Below, in pieces: positions 34,249 through 42,634 of a stretch of DNA of 64,000 nt. Within the stretch, counting starts at the first letter, position 1; every line of letters begins with the position of its first letter. Source of the stretch: Monocercomonoides exilis PA203 (Eukaryota > Protista > Preaxostyla). The translations under genes and the position numbers were made by a program. The notes beneath the pieces are model-generated. The model worked only from the letters and a program-made list of their open reading frames with translations, was not told the DNA's origin and made no database searches. The stretch spans positions 2,170,001-2,234,000 of the forward strand of contig LSRY02000002.1 in NCBI GenBank assembly GCA_001643675.2, given 5' to 3'.

Positions 34249-34874
34249 ATGAATAAGATTCATCTACCTTCGCTGTCCTCAAGAGTTAATCTAAGAACTA
34301 TTGTTCTTATTTCTTCTGATAAAAAGAGGATTGTTGTGCCTTATATTGTTGCAAAAGTTTGAATCAAATTGTTTTTGTTGCATTGAAATGATAACAAAGT
34401 TTTCGTTTTAGAAATCAAAAGCTTTACGTAGAATGATGAAGATATTTCCGACAAAAATTACATTTTATTTTCCTGGTTTTGAAAGCAAGATTATCGACAA
34501 AGTGATGAGTTTTTGTGCTTATCATTCATCTCTCTCCAAAAAAGATCTGATGTTTAAGCAAAAAATTCAAAAATACCATGCGACTTATGTCGCTTTGAAG
34601 TTTGAAATTTTAATCAAAGTCGCTGCATTGGCAAATATTCTTGAAATCCAACCTCTTCTTGAACTGATGGGGTTTGATTTGCAATTTCATTTTTTTTTTT
34701 TTCCAATTTAACTACAAACATTAAAATGCTTAATTATTTAGTTGGGCCATTCAGAGAAAATTGTGTAGACGGAATTCGGATATGGATCTTCTTTTTGTTG
34801 GAAAGAGCTTAGAAAATTATAATAAAAAGGTTCCAGAGCCAAATTTCGAAGACAATTTTCTTCAATTAACGTGA
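34249..34874 (+). CDS. Divergent Skp1-family (BTB/POZ) protein, 3 exons, about 166 aa
   Basis: Exons 34249-34356, 34412-34671 and 34742-34874; both introns are GTTTGA...TAG. Spliced product has IVLISSDKKRIVV...AKKSKALRRMM, FESKIIDKVMSFCAYH and LIKVAALANILEIQPLLELMG, which parallel the Skp1 motifs L.SSDG, IL.KVI.WC.HH and LILAANYL.I..LLD. Confidence 0.8.
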
Positions 34875-35040
34875 AAAAGTAAAATGCAATTCAAATATTT
34901 TTATCATATTAGATTCCAATAAGATGATCAACATTTTGTGGGAAGAAGAATGAAATTAATAGTGATGTAATTTTTTTTTCCTTTTTTTAATTGTTTGAAA
35001 GAAATTGGCATTTTTTCCGTTATGTTGCACTTACGATTGT

Positions 35041-35043
35041 TTC

Positions 35044-35074
<31 letters not shown>

Positions 35075-35153
35075 TTATTTTTTATTTTTTTATTTTTTAT
35101 TTTTTTTATTTTTTTTATTTTTTATTTATTTATTTATTTATTTATTTATTTTT
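35041..35153 (+). repeat. T-rich microsatellite: (T5-9A)n grading into (TTTA)n
   Basis: Read directly from the sequence; it abuts the left end of the MITE. Confidence 0.9.
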
Positions 35154-35160
35154 CGCATTA

Positions 35161-36246
35161 CACCAAAAATAATTCTAATTCGAAAAAAAATATTTCAATT
35201 TCGAAAAAAAATAATTCAAATTCGGAAATAATAATTCAAAATCGTAAATTAATAATTCAATTTCGAAATTCATTTAAAACTGAAATTTTTAATTTTTCTC
35301 GATAATGGATTTCAGAAAATTTTTTGAAATTATTTAACCAATCAAATTTTATTACTCTTAGAAAACTGTTTTTTTTATAACAATAATCAATAAATCAATT
35401 TTTGATAATATTTTTTTCATTTTCGAAAATCATCACTCAAATGGTAAAAATAATCAAAACATTCATTCTATTAAATAAGCAAATAAAAGTTGTTAATTTT
35501 CAATCTCATTTATTGCATAACAATAAACAAGTATTTTTTCCCCAATAATACTTTTTTTGTTTCTCTAATTAAAAATTAGAAAAACATCAATTCTTTCATG
35601 AAAACGGATACATTTTCTTTTTGAATTAACTCCAATCATATTTTTTTCAATGAAAATAAATGAATATTTTTTTGTGAAAAATCATCATTTTTCAAATATA
35701 GATGGGTGATTCTTTTTGAAAAGTCACAAATGTTTAATTTTCAGATAAAATTAAATTTTCATATTTTGCTCAAATTTCTGTTTCAGCTCACAAATCTCCT
35801 CAAAATTGTTTGAAATAGCATTATCAATGAATAGATTTGATTGAAGTGAAGTTTGATATTAGTAAACAGAAATTTGAGTAAAATATGTAATTTTTGATAT
35901 ATTTGAAAATTAAACATTTGTGACTTTTCAAAAAGAATCACCCAGATAAACAAAGTGAATTGATGAAATAAAAATAAAGAGGATTTAAAACCCAAAACAC
36001 AAGTTATTCATTCCACAAATCAAAAAAATAATCATTTTCGAAATTTAATTATTCTTTTTCGAAATCGAATTAATAAATTACGAAATTGAATTATTAATTT
36101 ACGATTTTGAATTATTATTTCCGAAATTGAATTATTTTTTTTCGAATTCGAATTATTAATTCCGAATTTGAATTATTTTTTTTCGAAATTGAAATATTAA
36201 TTCCGATTTTCAATTATTCTTTTTCGAATTAGAATTATTTTTGGTG
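35161..36246. mobile_element. Non-autonomous DNA transposon (foldback-like MITE) with CACC...GGTG ends, TA flanks and subterminal ~21-bp repeat arrays
   Basis: Left end CACCAAAAATAATTCTAATTCGAAAAA (35161) is the exact reverse complement of right end TTTTTCGAATTAGAATTATTTTTGGTG (ending 36246). TA lies on both sides (35159-60 and 36247-48). No credible ORF inside. Confidence 0.88.
35704..35943. mobile_element. Nested 240-bp MITE with GGG...CCC termini and 4-bp AGAT target-site duplication
   Basis: GGGTGATTCTTTTTGAAAAGTCACAAATGTTTAATTTTCA has a perfect reverse complement ending at 35943, and the inverted repeat continues imperfectly to about 80 bp. AGAT is present at 35700-35703 and 35944-35947. 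Confidence 0.88.
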
Positions 36247-36552
36247 TAACATTAAGAAAAATTGTTGAGTCAAATTAATTATTCATCAATTTTTTAAAAA
36301 TTCAATATAATGAAATATTTTGGTATAATTCAAGTGGGACAGTATTTTTTCTTTTATGAAAAATTCAATGATTTGTTCCAAACTATTTCTGCAAACGAAT
36401 GATTATTATTCTGACATTATCGTGCAATATTAAATATTAAAATATAAAAAATCGATAAAAATCTTTGAAAGAATTATGTGGAACAAAATTCATAAAACAA
36501 AAAATTTTGTACAAGTGTATTGGTACAAATTGATCTGACCCACTATTATTTT

Positions 36553-36730
36553 ATTAGGGTTATTTTTGATTAGGTTTTTTCTATTGATTGCTGTTTTAGG
36601 GTTATGGTTAGTACTCGAAAATACTTGCTAGGTTTTTATTTAGCAATAGGGTTTGCGCAGAGTGCTTCTTTTTTGGGTTTTGTCCAAAAATTTTAGGTTT
36701 TTCTTTTCGAAAAATTTTTTAGGGTTAGTG
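36553..36730 (+). repeat. Cluster of spaced telomere-like (T)TAGGGTT / TAGGTT motifs
   Basis: About eight co-oriented TAGG(G)TT-type motifs roughly 15-30 bp apart in otherwise G-poor DNA; not a tandem telomeric array. Confidence 0.6.
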
Positions 36731-36982
36731 TTGGCAATAAAAGAAAAATTAAAAATAGAACCCCATAGGGGTGCGCTAATAGAACTTGTACGAATTTATT
36801 CACACATATAGAATTAGATGTGTTAAGGTTTACAAAGATCTATATCAAACAATTTCGATTTAACAAATGCAATGTGAATGAGTCACATACGATGATTTTG
36901 TTACTGTGTGTTGTGATCACACAACAATTTTAATTATTTAGGGATGATCTGTTATTATCATTTTTCTAAATATTTTTTTCAA

Positions 36983-38533
36983 ATGTCTCAATCAACATTT
37001 ATGAGTATTTTGACTCAAGTCGAAAAAAGAAATCGCATTTCTGAGCCAACACATCTCAAGGAATCTGAAGAGAAAGAGTCTTAGATAAAAATTGCCTGTC
37101 ATAAATTTGTAGGAGATAAATCAAAGGCATTTTTCAGAATCACAGGATTTTCTCGTTGTGAATTTGATCTTCTTATGAAACTTCTTCAAAAGGAAATTCC
37201 ATATCACAGAGGAAAAGAGAGAGCGTTGTGTACTTTTGAGGATAAAGTTTTTTTGCTTCTTTCATTTTTGCACCTTAAATCAACAACATTCACTCATTTT
37301 ATGGCTTCTTCATTTTACAAAACACAAAATGCTCTTGTTCGACTTCTTCATGGAATTGAGAATGATGTTAAAAATACCTTTGGCTGATTTGTTATTAACA
37401 TTTCGGCCAGATAGGTTAGATGACATGAAAGATGTAGGAGTTGTTGTGGATTGCACAGTCATACCTATCAACATTCCTGCGGGACGTCTGGAATTTAAGG
37501 AAAAATATTACAGTGAAAAGCACCACATATACTGAGGAAAAATGGAAGTTGGAGTCAACCCTCGCATTGGCACAGTATGTACGCTCAGTTCGGTGAATAC
37601 AGGCAGCATACATGATTTGAACATTTTTTAGGATCATTACCCTCAATTTCAGGCTCTTCTAGGAGGCTCAAAAGTGCAAACAGGCTCCGTTTACATTGGT
37701 GCAAAAGCAGAAATTGATGCCATAATATCCAAACCAGTCGGAAACACACCTCGCTTCTCGCCGCGTAATCGTTGAGCGCTTTTTTGGAAGATTGAAGACT
37801 CTTTTCGCTGTCTTTCGCCATCCTTGGCCTTTTGAAGTCTTCAGAGTCGGAAGTTACTTTTCTGTTGCGTGCTGCTTTGTCAATTTTCTTATTCAACACA
37901 ATAAGCTGACTGCAAAGGATTCTGAAGCCAATGAAAGGTTTGTCAACGACTTGCATATTCACTTTTTAAATAGACAAAGTGCTAGAAGAGTTACAAACGA
38001 AAAATACAGAGCAAAACTGAAAAACCGCCTGAATCCTGACTTGCCACTGACTCCCAGCGTCACATCTTTGCTTGAAAAAGAAATTAGTATGATTTTAATT
38101 TTTTGCCCATATTAATGTTTATGATGTCAAAAACACTTGATTTTATATGAATAATACCATAACTATGTTTTTTTAGGTGATTCTCATGACCCACAGTCAG
38201 AAAATGACAAAGAAAAAGATAAGAAAAAGAAAATTTCTGTGGAAGAAAAAGAAAGATGAGATGAAATTATTATAAATGAAAGAGACGAAATGGAAGTGGA
38301 AATGGAAATCAATGATTTTTCTCAACCTTGGTATCTTCCCAATCAGTGAAGGTCTCTTCGCCTTCAGCAATCCTCATCATCGTCTTCCTTTCCTTCAAGT
38401 TCTTCCTCGAGTACCTCAAAAAAAGAAAAATGAGCAAGTGAAACCCCATTGCAGAGCTTGTTAAACCAAAGACAGTGAGTTTTTAATTGTTTTAATTTTT
38501 TTAGTTCACCTCACAAACGTTTTTTGCCATTAA
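36983..38533 (+). pseudogene. Degenerate DDE_Tnp_4 (IS5/PIF-Harbinger/ISL2EU-type) transposase
   Basis: Motifs across frames: FFRITGFSRCEFDLL, VVVDCTVIPINIP...YYSEKH, GSIHDLNIF, LASRRVIVERFFGRLK. In-frame stops (TAG 37082, TGA 37533, TAG 37629) and at least two frameshifts. The expected 'AD.GY' acidic motif reads QTGSVY. Probable 3' introns at 38087-38176 and 38475-38504. Element ends not found. Confidence 0.9.
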
Positions 38534-39087
38534 TAATATGATTCTCCTATTGACTTGTTTTTTAATATAAATTAATATAAAACAATAATAAAAAATTCAA
38601 GAAATTTTCATTGAATATCATTGTTTTCTAGTTTGTACTCAAAACAAAATATAAAAATATGAAATGAGTGAATTTGTTGAAAAAATATTATTAAAACATT
38701 TAGAACTTTCACATTTAAACTAAACATATAAAAAGTATTGTTAAAAATAGTTAAAAGTTATTTATACTCGTTAAAATTACATAAAAACATGATATAAATG
38801 TACTGTACAAAAAATAAACAAAACTCAAAAAACGGATCATAAAAAGTTTTAATAATATATGACAAACATGCAAACAAAAAGTTAAAACCTAACTCAAAAT
38901 AATGGCTAAGTAATTAAAGAAACAAAAAAAGTTTAGATCATAGCTCACAAAACAAAAAAAATTTGAAATTCATCGAGTTTCCCACTTTGAGAGCGAAAAA
39001 GTTTCGTTTTGATTGAATAACATTCATTTCGATATAAATTTTACGTTGAGACTCTATCAGTTTGGTGCGACAGGGAAAATTCGAACG

Positions 39088-39160
39088 AGTTCTAATGATC
39101 TTGTGGTTGGTTGATGTCCGACCATTGTGATAGGGTCTGGGTTCAATTCCCACTAGACCC
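39088..39160 (+). pseudogene. Degenerate tRNA-like sequence (tRNA pseudogene or SINE-like head)
   Basis: A-box-like TGATCTTGTGG (39096) and B-box/T-loop TGGG-TTCAATT-CCCA (39138-39152) at tRNA-like spacing. Partial acceptor stem AGTTCTA/TAGACCC pairs 5 of 7. T-runs follow. No convincing anticodon arm. Confidence 0.55.
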
Positions 39161-40664
39161 TATTAATTTTATTTTATTTTTTTATTGAATTATTGGTACC
39201 GGCTCTCTTGAATCTTACCAATATTTTTTATGTTATGATATGATAGCAGTAAAAGTTTGGAATTAATTCTTTTTTATTTTTATCATTTCTTCTTTATAGC
39301 TTATAATTTGTTCCTCATTGGAAAAGAATAGAAATATTAAATTCACTGATATCTGATGTAATCATTGACAAAAATCATTGAAATTTTAAAAAAAAATGAA
39401 TTAATAAAAAAAATTTCTTCTTGTGATTGAGATGAAAATGCTGTTGTATTAATATGTTCATTTTATCAAATTGATGATCCATATTTTCTTAATTTGAAGT
39501 TTTTTTTGATGGATTATTGCTTCCAACTCCAAATGGGTGATATTTTTTGAAAAGTGTCTTCAGTTATCATTTTTAAAGAAAAATATTAAACACTTTTTTG
39601 ATCAATCAATTATCCAAAAACGCAAAATATAAAATTAGTGAAACAAACAGATGGTTTCGCTATTTGTTTTCATTTATTGGTAATTATTCTTCGAAAAAAC
39701 TTCGTTTTTCCAAAAAGTTTGTCATTCATGTTTTCTTTATAAAATTTCAAGAATGGAACTTTTCATAAAAAATTTCATACATTAATTTTTTAACAATTTT
39801 TAAAAGAAAATTTTCATTAAGTTTTTTTCACAATTTTCCGCTTGATCAACTGTCTAATTTTTTTGAAATATTCTGTTTGAAAGAATTTTGGATGATAATG
39901 AAGATTTAATATTCACATTAAAAATTATTTTCCACCTTTCAAAATTTAACCATTATTAAAATAATGACATCGTAAAGCATTTGTTTTCATTCCGGTGAAA
40001 TTTGGTGAATTGGAATGAAATATTGATATAAGAATTTAAATATTTTTTTCTCTGAAAACAAAACATATTTAACTTTTCAAAAATATTAGACAACTGTTCG
40101 AAAGTGTCAAAAAGAATATGTTAACTTTTCACAATCATTGTGATGGGTGTGATTGTTTTTGAAATCATAACATAATTTCGACTTTTAAGTGTGATAAAGT
40201 CTTTTATTATAAATAACTTTTTTCAAATAGAAACAAAAAACAATTTTTGAATATAGCAAGAGTCAATCAAAGAAACGAAAGAAGTACAATAAAATTTTCA
40301 AAAAGATAACTCACTTTTCAGTGTTTATTCTGATTTTTTTTTTGTTTTTATATAAACTGATTGAAAACTTTGATTGAAAGAATATGTTTTCAGAAATATT
40401 TTTCACTTGACTGGATTTGCACAAAAAAATAAAATTAGTCACATAGTCGATTAGAATGAAAATTAAATATATTTTGAAAAAAAATACTGACTTTCAAGCT
40501 TTTTTTGCTCAAAGCATGAAAAAATTGTTTCACTTTTAACATTTCAAAACATTATTATATTTATATATAAGATTTCTTATCATATCCTTAAACAAACTTC
40601 ATTGATATAAAAACAATATGATTTGTGACCTCACATGATTTTCAAAATAGAAACCCATATTTCC

Positions 40665-41763
40665 ATATTTTTTGTTCACACAATGTTCATTAAAGGTGCA
40701 TAATATTTCTATGAAAATGACTGAAGTCAAATGTTTTTTTCCATTTATATAAAGTCAAAATCGGATATCATCACATCGGTTTTACCCCATATATTGTAAC
40801 CGTATCCGATTGTGAGTGTAAGAGATATCACTTCACGCAAAAAAAATAGTGAAATAAGTTAATAAAGATCATTTTTATAATCAATTTTTCCATTGCAAAA
40901 TTTTCTTCACAACTACACTTTTTACAATTGTAAAAAAAATTTGACATAATGCTTCCATAAGGGTTCCTTAATAATTTAAAATAAGCTTTATGAAAAAGCT
41001 TTATATTTTCGAGTGGACATTCATCAACATTTTTTTGGTGTTAACAATATGTTTTATTTATCATTTTTATATTTTTGGGTTTTCGTTCTCAAAAACAACT
41101 GTCCCCTAATTGAAATTTTGAACAACCTTTTTGTGAAATTAATTTAATAACAATAAAAAGACATTTTTAAATTTATAAAGTTGAATGTTAGTGCTGTTTG
41201 CAATTGTTAGGGTTGATAATAACTCAATTGAAGCATTGAAATGAGATTTGAAGAAAGTCTCGTAAAACTAAAGATTTGAATAAAAAACCATTCAATCATT
41301 TTTAGTTTTGATCAATTGGTTATTATAAACCTAATGTATTTATAATATCTCAATATTGCATTTTTTAGTTATTTATTCATGGATTTAACGAAAAAATAGG
41401 GTTCCCTTAAAGCAGCATCTTGCCAATAATTTTTATCATTCATCAACATGATTTTAACTTATTTCAACACAATTTTGAAATATTGATAATAAGAAGATGA
41501 CGATCAAAAACTGTATTTTTCATTGAATATATCATCCATAATAAGAAAAAATGTGATTATTCATATATTCATTTAGCCCTGCGATTAAATGCAATGAAAA
41601 ATGAATGAAAAATAGATATTAAATGTCGGTGCATGAAAAAATGTGACTTCAAACGAAAGTGATTGCATTCGATGTGATTATATCCGGCTTTGACTGTAAT
41701 TTGAAATCATGTAACAGTTTTTTTTAAAAATTCTTATGCAATTAACTGTGAACGAGAAAATAT
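40665..41763. mobile_element. Old inverted-repeat element (degenerate long TIRs of at least 115 bp)
   Basis: AGTCAAAATCGGATATCATCACATCG (about 40753) matches the reverse complement of CGATGTGATTATATCCGGCTTTGACT (about 41670-41695). ATATTTTTTGTTCACA...TGCATAA (40665) matches the reverse complement of TTATGCA...TGTGAACGAGAAAATAT (to 41763), in the correct nested order. No TSD or ORF resolved. Confidence 0.6.
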
Positions 41764-42634
41764 CACATTCAACGAAAATATTTTTGATTTCAACAATAAT
41801 ATCCCTTTGATGAATGTGGATGAGAATAGCGAAAGAAAATGCAAGTGTGATGTTTTATGCACAAGAGCTGATTTAAGCACACACTATTATTCACTTTTCC
41901 TTCAATTCACCTGGTGTTTGATTTCACGAACTTGCAAAAATCACATCATTCACCTCCAAGGAGAATTTTAATCAATACTTTTAAGAGTATGTGTCATTTT
42001 GTTTATATCATCGAAAAAGTTTTTAATTGATATTGCAAATCACAATATGAAAGGTGAATGCAAAATTCGCTCCCATTTTCAAAATATTTCAATGTGTAAA
42101 ACTTCATTTATCCTGTTTGAAAAATGTTTGATTCTATTACAATATATAAAAATCTGTGTGCAAATATTCTCATTTTGTATTAAATTTGGCAATTCCACAT
42201 AAAATAATTATTTGGAGATACAAACAACAAAAACTGAAATCCGTAGCACTTCCATTATGAAACAATTAACTCAAAAAGTCACCGCCAGCCCAGGAATATG
42301 AGATGCCAATGACCCCAACCACACGTGTGATGAACACTCGACCCAATCAAAAATCAAGAGAAAAGAATTCAATTACAGGTTGGAATAATTTCTAAAAGAT
42401 ACAAACAACGAAACAAAATTGAAGAAAGAGAAATGGAATAAATACATATAAATATACGCAAACGAAAGTCAAAAAATGAATGTCTCCAAATGCACACAAG
42501 AAACAGCAAAAGGTAACATTTCAATGGCTTTTGCTGCTAGGAAAGTCATTCACCAAAACACAGCAACAGCATCTGCACATTTGCTCATTCTGCATCATCC
42601 AGATCGATGATCCTTCAAACATCTCCTCTCTCAC

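Noticed and set aside
34991-35305. F/Y/I-rich 'membrane protein' ORFs
   Set aside because: They are translations of the T-rich microsatellite and the MITE arm.
36035-36243. Regularly spaced ~21-bp repeats as a CRISPR array
   Set aside because: Units are contiguous and degenerate with no unique spacers, are mirrored in the opposite arm of a MITE, the context is eukaryotic, and no cas genes are present.
36553-36730. True telomere or chromosome-fusion scar
   Set aside because: The motifs are dispersed and single-orientation, not tandem or head-to-head arrays.
36983-37640. In-frame TAG/TGA in the transposase as evidence of a variant genetic code (TAR=Gln, as in some oxymonads)
   Set aside because: Frameshifts and a lost catalytic motif accompany the stops, long host ORFs contain no in-frame TAA/TAG, and Dna2 and PDS5 end in TAA.
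39088-39160. Functional tRNA gene
   Set aside because: Mismatched acceptor and T stems and no pairable anticodon stem; kept only as a relic.
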